A DNA stretch of 64,000 nucleotides from Zygnema circumcarinatum SAG 698-1b (Eukaryota; Plantae; Zygnematophyceae): the NCBI GenBank assembly GCA_037447605.1, contig CM074816.1:1330525-1394524 (forward strand), given 5' to 3'. Positions 1 to 25,853 of this stretch are shown piece by piece. The notes under the pieces were generated by a model, which saw nothing but the letters and a program-made list of their open reading frames with translations, was not told where the DNA came from and ran no database searches. Both the position numbers and the translations under genes were made by a program. How positions within the stretch are numbered: position 1 is the stretch's first letter; every line of letters starts with the position of its first letter.

Positions 1-1472
1 TTTGTTACGCACTTGGTTGTTTGGGACAAAATGCGTTGTCTCGCTAAAAATAGGTACTTATTTGTTGAAACGTTAGTCTTGGAGCAAAACGCAAAAGCAC
101 CCGACGAGTTAGTAGGGCCTACCACTGACGAATTGCGTGACCTACAGTCGCTTGTATAGAAGTCCAAAGGTGTAGATATGATAGAACGCATTGAACCACT
201 ATAAATCTGCGCTAGCTTGTGAGCTGCTCCAGTATAAGTAGTCTCAGCAGAGGATGCTTTCATCTTCTTGAGCTGCGCCACAAGCACTTTTGTAGCAAGC
301 TGCGCTAACTTTGTGTTAATAGCTGATCTACGTTGGGTGGCCTTGAGTCGAATGCGTTTTTTCACTCGTAGTCGCTTTTCTAGTTTATTAGAATGGTTGA
401 ACTGTTGTTGGTTGAATTTGTGTATTTTCACCCCAAGAAATTCCACATTACCTGAATTAATGTGCCTAATTTGAGTGAAGTCCACTTGTATTTTAAGGTT
501 ATATTCTAGAAATTGTGTAATCCGGTTGCAAATATGCTTAACAAGTGCAGCGGAGCCTGCGATGCCCAGCAAAGCTTTGTGGCCATACCGCACGTAACGC
601 ACCTTGATGTAGTCTGTATCGTTGTAGTCAGTCGGTGTAAACCCTAACCGTGTAGCTAAACGCTTCTGTCTTAATAGAACAGCTGATTGTCTATTATTGT
701 TTAGCACATACTGATGTTTAGCATGACAATCCACATTTTGGTTGTATTCCAGACTGAAGTGGCGAGTCTTCTTGTTAGTATCAAATTGTCTACTTATACT
801 GTCAACTTCAAGGTCCACCGCATGAAGGTATATGTTCCACAGCAAGGCACAGAACTCATTGCGTTTGTTGAAATGCGTCAGTTCACACTCAGAGTAATCT
901 GTGTTGTTTACGTCGGAGATGCTAACTAATGAACTTAAGCACTCATTGCTTAAAAGCTGATGCATCAAGTACAAAAAAGCGGGATCATTTATTTGCTTAT
1001 TCATTTCAGCAATAAACCATTTCAACTCAATTGTGCAAAAACGATTACACAAATGAACGCTGCTTTTGCTTCGCTCCTTTGTAGAATTGTTTTGCATGTC
1101 CAATTCTACAAACCAAGAAATTCCACGCCAATGTTGCTTTATTTGTTTGAGTGCCAAATGACTACCTTGATCGACGCAAATATGCGGTGTCTTGAAAAAT
1201 TTACCTTCATATATATGCTCAAGTACCAACCTAAGCGGCCCTCTTGGAAAGTTGGTCGATGTGGTGCCTCTTTTCCGCGCTTGGAGAAGCAAGAGGAGCC
1301 TGAAAGTTGCCGTGGAACCTTCTTGCAGGATAACTCGCACAGATCGGCCGACCACCTTCCAAGCGTGGGTCGCATGGAGCTCGTCTGTGCCTCGGACGTT
1401 TGCCTGCTTCCTGTACACTGCGGATGGACTAAAAGGCCTTAGTAAGCGACCCTTTCCTCGGATTGTAGGTCT
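1..1472 (-). CDS. MatR-like group II intron maturase / degenerate reverse transcriptase (3'-truncated by window edge)
   Basis: Manual translation shows a stop-free minus frame from 1472 to the window edge (~490 codons). Motifs: RLVLEHIYEGKF...LALKQIKQHWRGISWFVELDM (RT2-3), INDPAFLYLMHQLL, LLWNIYLHAVDLEVDSI (RT4), DYIKVRYVRYGHKALLGIAGS (RT5), RITQFLEYNLKIQ (RT6), NVEFLGVKI (RT7), KLEKRLRVKKRIRLKATQRRSAINTKL (MatR-like post-RT segment). Recognisable homology ends near 1232; the start is unresolved. Confidence 0.85.
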
Positions 1473-1828
1473 CTAGGTCGACTACTTTGCTTTTTCTATC
1501 GAATATTGGAATGTGGTTGAATTTTTAGGTTCTCGATCGTGAATCTCAGGGCACCTCTCCATTGCGCACATCCGTTAGGATACTTTTTGGACCCTGGCAA
1601 GGGAGGGAGAGAAGGGAGGAGGCAGAGGAGTGAGGAAGTACACGGAGGATTAAGCAACTGCATTGACGGAATCTCTGAGGTGGTCGGTTGCAGATCCCAT
1701 TAGCAATGTGGGATACGACGCACTGGATGGAATAAATTTCCTGGATCTGTCAGTATCAAGAAGCGTGTCGGATCTTCCTCTCCAATCAAATGTCAACATT
1801 CCTGGAAAGTGGTGCTTCAAGTTGTCAG
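1251..1828 (+). CDS. Putative upstream exons (~1251-1441, 1694-1828) of the LRR-protease-LysM gene
   Basis: Donor A|GTAAGC at 1441, acceptor TTGCAG|AT at 1693, donor CAG|GTAAGG at 1828 and acceptor GTGCAG|TC at 2628 are all phase 1 and give a stop-free join into the Pro-rich exon. No domain recognised and no start codon found. Confidence 0.45.
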
Positions 1829-2628
1829 GTAAGGCTATGCTGCAATTCTTTTTGTTTTGGCTTATCTTCGTCCTAGCAATGCACGTACGGTAACAGAAGT
1901 CAGATCAGAATTACTCTGTGCAGTGATAATTTTCGCTTCTCTTCCGAACATTATATTTTTTTTTGCAATGAAAACGAGATCAGACTTTCTTGCATTATGC
2001 GCATGTGCGGAGTGGGCTTGGATAAGTTTCTAAATGCCGGGAAAGAGTGTAATTCCCACGATGATAAACGGGTCAACGTGAGCACTTGATTGGATGTTCC
2101 CATGGAGTCTGCTTGCGGTTCATTCCATTCTGGACTTGCTTAATATCTCTAGGGAACACTGACTCAGAGTTTTTCAAGGAGAAAAAAATGGTCTCTTTGA
2201 CGTCGTACTTCATTTTAACTCTATCGAGGTAGGAGAAGGATCTAGTCTGTACGCTTACACTTTGAAGGCGTCTGTGACATGAATCTATTCATCCATGTAC
2301 GGATATGGCGTGTCGGATTGCCCTCGTGTCACTTTTCCTCAAGAGAGATCAGATCAGACCAAAATTTTCCTACCTGTAAAACCTCCTCTGATTTCGTAGA
2401 AGTAGGCAAGAGTGCCCCGGAACTACGCAGAACCGTTTTCCTGAAACCAATGTTTCTTTGACGGCAATCTATGTAGGACTAGAAATGGCTTGATTCTTTT
2501 CGACTTAAACTCCGTTTTAATTCTCGGACTTTTAGAACGATATAAGTGGAGCCATACTCTTGAATGGATAGCTTTTGCTGAAGAGTTGTCATTCATTATT
2601 GATTTCTTGTCGTTTCTTTACTGTGCAG

Positions 2629-17158
<14,530 letters not shown>

Positions 17159-17789
17159 ACTCGAGAAGGCGAGCTGCGGCGAGGTGGCGACAGAAGGACT
17201 GCATCGTTTCGCTTCTCGCTTCTTCCTCCGCCGTCGCATTCAAAACCATGCGCGTAGTCGCTTGGTAAGACATGGTTTCTAATGGCGGGCTTTACAACGG
17301 GGCTGTGAACGATGAAATTTTCCGTTACAAGACTTTCGTAACAATAATCAAAAGTCAGTTGAGCTGACAAACGTGATGCTATTCAGTTAGATCGACTCCT
17401 TATGTCTTTGAAGAGCTCTGCTGAATGCTACAATAGCTTTTGAACTACTTTGGCTTTCTTGAATCTCAACACGGAGTTGCTGCTGCGATAGCGGACCATT
17501 TCTTGACATTGATGGCAAATAAGTGCTTACATGTTGACCATGAATGTTTGGAATTTCTGGTTGTTTGTTTGTTTTCGCGTGTACTTAGCACAGCATAAAA
17601 TGTGCATTGTTGATAATCTTGTGCTTCTCTTCTTCTTCCCCTCCTCTCTCTCTTCTCCTCCTCTCCCCCTCTTCTGCTCCCCTCGCCCCATTTTGCCTGT
17701 CTCCCTCTCTCCCTCTACCTCTTCTTCACTACCTCTTCCCCCTCGTCCTCTTCTCCTCACCTCCCCTCCTCTCCCTTTCCCCAACTCCC

Positions 17790-18090
17790 TCCGTCTCTCC
17801 CCCTCTCCGGTCCTCTCATTCTCTCACTCATAAAATAATAAAGAATGTGATTAATAACAATAAAATCGCAAAATGTGACAAAATTTGACAAAATGCGACA
17901 TTCTCATTTTCGGGCTTCAGACAATGGTATGGGCACCACTGCATGACATGCATTGCATCACAATGAGAAAAACAAGACATAGAAAATCAGGCTCACCAAC
18001 AACAATACTTTGACCTATGCTTGCATTTTTTATGCCAATCATGCGGAAGCTCTCCATCTGTAAGTTCCATGTCATGCGCACCGCACGCGT
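17790..18090 (-). pseudogene. Truncated paralogous fragment of RLCK 5' region
   Basis: Near-colinear similarity to 23420-23692 (CTCATAAAATAATAAAGAATGTGATTAAT...GGCTCACCAACAACAATA...CTCCATCTGTAAG) and to 23960-23980. The micro-exon copy has a 1-nt insertion. Confidence 0.7.
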
Positions 18091-19924
18091 CCCAAGACAA
18101 AAAGTCCGTACAGATGCGGACTACGTCCAGCAGGTTAGAAGCAGTAGCAAGCCCGAGTGAAATTCAAAGAAAGCCCCAAACACGCGCTGAAATTACTCCG
18201 AAACAAGAGTCACCTCGTCGAGTGTGCCACCGCTTGGCTGTTCGCCGTCCTCTGCAAAAGGAGCGCGCGGGGGGGAGGGGCTCGGCCGCGTGCAGGTTGC
18301 AGGAGGGGAAGGGAGAGAGGCGGGATCCAGGTTTGCAAGAAAGGGGAGGAGGGATACGAGGAGGGGGGCCGGGGCGAGGAGGGAGAGGGAGAGGCAGGCT
18401 ATGGCGGCTGGAGTGGGAGGGAGGGACGGAGAGAGGGAGAGTGTGGGGCTCGTCAGTTCGGCGCTCGCTGCGCTCGCTTAATCAGTTTAGCGGAGAGGAC
18501 CAATTAGCATGAAATGAAGAAACTGCACGAACCAATCGGGTGAATTTGACGAAAATTTGGGGAATTTGGGGAATTCAGTAAACAGCGCCGGTTCGGTGAA
18601 TTTGGAGCGCCGTGAATTGAGCAGACTAGATTAGATAGATAGTAGTAGATTTTGTTTTCCTTTCGTCCCTCAATTTCGCTCCGCCGCCCCTCTCGCCGCT
18701 GCGAAATGCGCCGCGCCGCGCGCCGCCCGCCGCTCACGAGGCGAGTCTGCTCACGAGGAAACGACAAAACGGTTCACGCCGACCGCGATGCCTGCAGGTA
18801 CCGGCGGTTACCGCGTCCCTGTAAGCGACAAACGTACCCACCCAGCTGGACTGTACGGCTCTAACCGCACAGCTGAAGTCCAGCGTGGCACATTCTGGTC
18901 CAATGTCTACGCTTTGTGGCTGGCGGGCGAGAGGCGATGACGTGGCGCGCTCTTATTGGCCCGATGGCGATGTGCTGGTTTTTGGGGTATGCCCGGAGCC
19001 TCGTGGGAGTGCCGGCAGTCCGGCGCTGCCACTGGTTGGCGACGGTGCAGAGCCCTGCCAAGCTGACACGTGGCGTGCCTATCACACTCTTCTTTCTCCC
19101 TCTCGCTCTCTCTTTCTCTCTTTCTCTCTCTCTCTCTCTTTCTCTCCCTCTCTCTCTCTTCTCTCTCTCTGCTTCCCACTCTCACTCTCTGCTCTGCTAT
19201 GTTCCGATTAACCATGTGTTGTTCGTACGGCTGCTATTAACTGTGAGGTTACACAACGCTTTTGAAACAGCTTTATCCACCAACCGAAGGAACAACCGAC
19301 CGCTCTCTCCAAATGAAATTGTTGTTGATAAAAAAGTAAGAAAAAGGAATTATCAAATAAGTTTATCAAATACCGTGGGCCTTTATTTTTGACACCAGAT
19401 GCTAAAGCCTAACAGTACGAACCTTCACTTTTTTGAAGGCCCTGAGCCCCTAATAAATTATTTTGTTCTTTCAAAGGCCTTCTTTTCACATTGGCTGCCT
19501 AGGAAACCCTAAAACCTTAAACCCTGAACCCTGCTAAGGCGCCTGCTACTAGATAGCAGGGCCCCTAGGGTTGAACCTAGCCTCCTCCGTAGACCACATA
19601 AATGAGGGGCTTTCAAGTAGTTAAGCCATTTAACCATTCAACCAGTAAACCCTTAAACCCCCCTTCCCCCTCCCACAGCAAATTCTCATATCTGTACAAG
19701 GGCTGACCTTTCATATCCTCCCCACCCTCGAATTCAAACTCTCCAAACTCCCTAGCCAAGAGCTCTGAACCCTGCCTTTTGGTTCCTCCCAGAAATCAAC
19801 CCCTTTTTTCCAGCTTATATCCTTCACCCTTCTAAAACCCTAACAATTCCATGTTCCCACATTTGCACTCTCCGCCAAGGAACTCTTCACCCTTCACCCT
19901 TCCGAAACCCTAAAAATCCCCTGT

Positions 19925-22900
19925 TCACACATTTGCACTCTTCACTAAGGGCTTCAAGGTCTCCACAATGTCGCTCATAACGGGCCGCAGATTGGGGTCA
20001 TCTTCTATGCAATGCCGCGCTGAAATCGCGACTTTGTGCCCCGCCCTCTGCGTCTCCTTCATGGAAAATCGGTCCTTCAGAAGGGGGTCAAGCAGGTCGT
20101 TGAGGTCCGGCCTCCTGTGCTGAAGGAAGGGCTGCGCCCATTGGGCCAAACTCTGCGAGTCGGGAGACTCCTGGTCAATGGCACGCCGCCCCGTGAGCAG
20201 CTCCAATAGGAGGATGCCGAAGGCGTAGACATCGCTCTTCTTTGTGAGTTGACCTGGGGGAAAGGGGGAGGGGGGAGGGGGAGGGGGGTGAGGGAGAGGG
20301 GAGGGAGGGGAGTGAGGAGGGAGAGGGGAGGGAGGGGAGTGGGGAGGGAGAGGTGGGGGAGGAGAGGGAAGGGGGTTGGAGGAGAGGGAGAATGGGGGAG
20401 GAGAGGGAGGGAGGTTGGTGGAGAGGGAGAGGTGGGGGAGGAGAAGAGGTGTGCAAGGAGAGGGAATGGTGGGTTTTCTGTCACCACAAACCGCAGCATC
20501 GAAGGGTCGGAAATAGAGAGGAAGGTGGGGGTCTTCGTAACACAAGCTATGACGTGTAAGGTTGGGATAAAAGAGGAGAGGTAAGCTTTCTAACTGCCTG
20601 GACTTTGCTCTATAAGGTTTGGGAATAGAGAGGGAGGGGTGGGCTCTGTATCAGTACTGTGTAAGTCACGAAAAAAGCCGGGGAAAGTCAGATAAGAAAG
20701 AAAGAAAACTGCAACGCAATGCGAGGAAGAGGAAGAGGGAGGGGTCGCAAAAATCCGAACCGAGAAAGTCTGTGATTGGGCAGGCGGACAGTTTTCAACT
20801 TTGATGAAGTAAACTCAAAAATTGAAAAATTGAAAAGGTGATCCTGAGCAGGTGGATAGCTAGGTGTCGATTTACCTGTTTCCATATATTTGGGGTCCAA
20901 GTAGCCTAAGGTTCCCATGATTCTCGTTGTGACATGTGTCATGTCTGTGTCAGCTCCCTTCGCTAGTCCAAAGTCGGTCAGCTTTGCGTTATAGTTCTGT
21001 TGAAAAAAAAAATGTGCAGCCGAGAAAGGAGGAATTACGAGACATCGCATTATGGAGGTACTACTTTAGAAAAATATAAACATTGAAATACGCCAAAAAC
21101 ATAGCAGATTTTCGAATAGTTCCGAATAGTTCCCAAATCATAGCACTTCTCTTATAGGGCTTGTCGATGTTACTTCTGTCTGAATCCCATCATTTGCTTT
21201 CATTCTGGTTTTGAAAATTCATATTTAAAGAAGTTGGGCCGCCTTCGAATGTTCTCACCTCGTCTAGAAGAATGTTGGGGGCCTTGAAATCGCGATGTAT
21301 TACGTTGTTCGAGTGCAGATGTTCGAGCCCTTGAGCAGCATCAAAAGCAATTTTTAACCTCGTCTCCCACGAAAGCGGAGGCACATCCGCATCCGGAGTT
21401 CCTTTTTCAGAAAACGAAAAGGAGGGGGGGGAGGAGGGGGAGGACATAAGGATATGGAGAACGCAAATAGAGAAAAGAAAGAATAGAGCCACACACAGGC
21501 TTCAAATGAAAGGCCGCTTTAAGAGGAGGGCCAACTAGAAGATGGAGTGGACGAGATTTTACTATTCATTTTGATCGCAACTTTCTGAGAGGAGGCTGAA
21601 ACTGAGAAGATGAGGAGTTGGGGAAGAAGGAAAGGGGAAGGAGAGGTAGAGAGCATGTGAAGGACAAGACGAAGTGATAGGGGGGGAGAGAAGAGGGAAA
21701 CAGAGCGCATTGCTGAAAGGCCCAGAAAAGAAAAGCGAAGAAAAGAGACAGAACAGAACAGGAGAGACAAACGAGAGGGAAGCAGGAGAAAAATTACTGC
21801 AGCACATTTTTTGCACTGTGGTTAATCAAACCTGCTCACAGAAACTTTTTTCAGGAAGGAACAGACTAAACTCACTGAAAAGGTGGTAGTCAAGGCTGCC
21901 TCTGTCCAAAAACTCGTACACCAAAAGACCCTCTCCCATCTCCGCACAATATCCCAAAAGACGGACAAGGTTTGGATGGCGGAGACGTCCAAGCACGAAA
22001 ATTTCCGCCTGCAAAAAAGTAAATAAAAATGAAAATGAGAATATGGGAGCCGTTGACTACCGAAAAAACCTACACATTTGAAGACTTCGATAAAATGAAA
22101 AAAATAATTACTTGGTTACGCAGCAGAGGAGCCACATGTGCTTTCACCTACCAAAGCATAAGCACTATAAGTAAGCATCAACTGTGATCTCGAAACCAGC
22201 AATTTCCAAGAAGGAATTCTCCCTCTCTCTTCATATCGGAAGCCTGCAAACTAAAAAATCACTTCACAGTTGAAGTCCGAAAACATCGAATCAAAAACAG
22301 AAAGCAAACCGCGACCTACGGGAGTGGGCGAAGGGAGGAAAGAGAGAGAGAGAGACGGGGCCAAAATTGTATGAGAGAGAGAGAGACACCCACCAGCCAC
22401 TCATTCTGGCCTTGAAAGCTGTCCGGATTTAGTCTCTTGACTGCCACAGGGAACATCTCACCATTCGGACCCCTGAGCCAACCTTTATAGACTTTTCCAA
22501 AACCGCCCTCTCCAAGTAGCATCTCCGGCTCCTTAAACTGCTGCGTTGCCCGTTGTAGATCACGGAACTTAAAGGCTTCCAGTTTTTCCGACAAAGGATC
22601 TGCATTTGCTTATTCAGTCGAGATTCAGCATTTCAGGTGATAAACTTTGTTTTTTTTTCCAGCAGATTTTTGAGGTTTGGTAACGAAGAGCCAGAAAGAC
22701 GAGCAGAATACTAGGGTTAGGGCTACGAGAAAAGACTGGAGGGAGTTAAATTTCCATGTGATATGAAAGCTGCAAAAGAGAGAAGAAGGTAGATTATCGT
22801 AATGAAATCTATTTGAAGTTTTTACTAGCAAACAATCCCACATAAAACGAAGGAAATAAAAATGCATACTAAGTCAGTCAGGGACTTAGATCAGAGCGGG

Positions 22901-24068
22901 GCTCTCACTCCCTGCCATATTTATTCCTCTTTTCCTGCCCCAACTCACCTTTCTCTTCACTCTCCCTCCACTGCTTTACATACCCCTTCCACCACCCTTT
23001 ACATTTCAAGGTTTTCCAACCTTCTAATCCGTCTTCCCTACCTCTCCTTCTCTCTCTTATCTTCCCTTTTTCCCCTGTCAAGTTCTTCATTTCTACCACC
23101 CTGCTCTAAGCCTCTCCCTCTCCCCCTCTCTCGCTCCCCTCTTCCCCTCTCCCCTTGTCTATCTCCCTCTTTTATCTCCCTCTCCCTCTCCCCCTCTCCT
23201 TCCGATCCCCCTCTCCTTCCGATACCCCTCTCCTTCCGATCCTCCTCTCCCCCTCTTCCGCTCCCCTCGCCCCCTTTCCCTCTCCCCCTCTCTCCCTCTC
23301 CTCTCTCCCTCTCCCTCTTCTTCACTCCCGCTCCCCCCCTTCCTCTCCTCCTCTCCTCCTCTCCTCACCTCCGCTCCCTCTCCCCTCTCTCGTTCCCCTC
23401 GCCCTTTCCCCCACTCCCTCCCTCCCCCTCTCCAGTTCTCTCATTCTCTCGCTCATAAAATAATAAAGAATGTGATTAATGATAAAATCACTAGGTGTGA
23501 CGAAATGTGATATTCTCATTTTCGGCCCTCAAACAGTGGCATGGGCACCACTGCATGACATGGATGGAATAGCATCAATGCCATTGCATCACAATGAGAA
23601 AAAGAAGGCACAGAAAAGCAGGCTCACCAACAACAATAGTTCGACCTATGCTTGCATTCCGGTGCCAATCGTCCGGAAGATCTCCATCTGTAAGCGAGCG
23701 ACAGGCCGAAAAAAAAACGACCAACGCAAGGTTAAGAACGAGAAGGGAGACATCACTGAATGAGAACATCAAACAAAAAAAACGAAAGAAAATTTAGAAG
23801 ATGAATTCACAGAGGCATTATTCATTCTCTCAGAAATTCACAAGTAGTCAAGCACAAAAACACCGCTGCTCCTCCAACCCTAACCCTAAAACCCTAAAAA
23901 CCAGGAATCTCTTCTACATTCCATGCATTCAGGTGCATGCATAGAATTGCAGACATCAAGTTCCATGCCATACGCACCGCTAGGGATTGAGACCGCTGTC
24001 GGCAACGGACGCTGTCCCGGGACACTTGGGGGAGGCTTAACCTCCGGTTCAGAAAAACAGCCGCCCAT
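19925..24068 (-). CDS. Receptor-like cytoplasmic kinase, RLCK-VII/PBL-like (paralog 1)
   Basis: MGGCFS N-terminus; [57 protein letters not shown]. Seven exons inferred. Confidence 0.93.
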
Positions 24069-25853
24069 GTTCTTCTCCTGTACAAGATATGGGGATGCAT
24101 AACAAGGTGCAATGTGTCAGGTGTACAGGACTCAGCTGTACACGTGTCAGTTGTACAGGACTCAGAAAACTGACACATGAGCATTCATGCTTTTTTCTTT
24201 TATTATTTTAAGAAAAGGAGGTTTTTCGATCACATCACTTACTTGAATACGGAAAAGAATTCTTCAAGGATTTGTCTCCAAGGTCCAAAAGCCACACGCA
24301 GGTTTCCAGGATTTCCAGGTTTTTTGTGAGAAACCGGCACCCAAAGATGGTTTGCCAGATGGCTCCGGTATGGGTTGATGCAGGGGTGGGGTGATGCAGG
24401 GGTGGGATGATGCAGAGATGGGAGCTGCCGCTGCTACATACGATGATGTCGCTGCGTCAAGATGATGTTTCCAATGTCTGCTCCGTTCTCCCCTGCTCTC
24501 CAAAACCCTAAAACCACGAAACCCAAACCCTAACTCTGTCAGGGTTTAGGAATTCGCTCGCTGTCCGTACTTTCTGTGGGTGGAAATCCGATCGAAGTTA
24601 CAGCTGGAACGCGTCGTCCAGTCACATACCGCCATGTCAGAAAATGTTCATGCGTGGCGGATTATTATTGGTCCACGTCATCCTTTCTAAATGGACGCAG
24701 AATTGTCAGTAGTCCGTCAGCTAAAAACTGTACGGACACTCAGTTCCAGTCCTGTGGACCCTTCTCAGTAATACTGGACGGCTACATGCAGTTTTGTAAC
24801 GGCAAAAAGCCTACCAATGACGGCTTCGTCCATGAAGACATATTTCGTGATTTCCCAATTGAACGGGAAAAACTGAACGAAAGCTGTAAGGCAGAGCCGC
24901 CAACAATGGTAGCCCCGTTCATAAAGTCAAATTTTTACTATAAAAGTACTATTAAAGGACAGGGCTAGGGTGGAAATTAGTTGCAACCTCGTCCTATACT
25001 AAAAAATCTTTACTATGGTCATAACTCGATACTCCAATTGCTAACTGGTTACTGCAATCGACCCCGACTCCTCACGAAACACCCTCACATGGCATTGCCT
25101 ACAACACCGCAATTTTTTTTTTTTTTAACTACAAAAAGTATTTCAAAAACCGGGAGTTTGCAAACTCGCAACGGTGAACCTCCAGACTTACACGGAAACA
25201 ACATTCAGTTCGATCAAGTCGGTTCAGTCATTTTCCTTCTCTATGAAGGAATCAAATTTCTCTCCGACAAACAGTTGGAGTTCACTCCCCTCGAAAAATG
25301 AACGGCTCAGAGGTGCCCCTACGCCGCCTACTGCAAAGGAGTCGACATCCAGTGAGTCCCATTGAACTACTGCCCCCTGAACCCCGCCCCCCCTCGAACT
25401 CACAGGGAGTGGAGTCACCTAAGGGGCTGGGCAGGGTTCAGGGGTAGTCCAACATTTTAAGGCTTGTCGGGGACTTCGCGGCACAGCTAAAAAATGGAAA
25501 AAAAATCGGCATAGGGGGGGACGTGCTCAGTGAACCTCTACTTTGCACAGACCTCCGGCTGGTTCTAGTTTAATCCGACATTAAATAGGATAAATACGTA
25601 TCTCGCAACTCTCAACATATGTTGATACCTATTCTAGCCCCCCTCAGTTTGTACCTGTACAAGGAGGACCTACCTTTCCCCCCCCCCTCTCTCTCCCCTC
25701 TCCCTCTCTCACTATTTCCCTCTCTCTCTCTCTTTCTCTTGCTCTCTCTTTGTCTCTCGACACTCTGTGCGTCTCCGCCCCTCTATCCAGACAACCTCAC
25801 ACCTAAACCGACAAACTGACGACCGAAGAACCGACCAATTGACCGACAGGTGC

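Noticed and set aside
1838-1893. Signal-peptide-like MLQFFLFWLIFVLAMH as start of the mosaic gene
   Set aside because: Nearby GT donors are phase 0 or 2 and do not fit the phase-1 acceptor at 2628; it lies just inside the intron predicted after 1828. Not excluded, but unsupported.
24576-25365. ORFs of 130 and 106 aa between RLCK1 and RLCK2
   Set aside because: No domain similarity or convincing splice structure; probably non-coding or decayed repeat.
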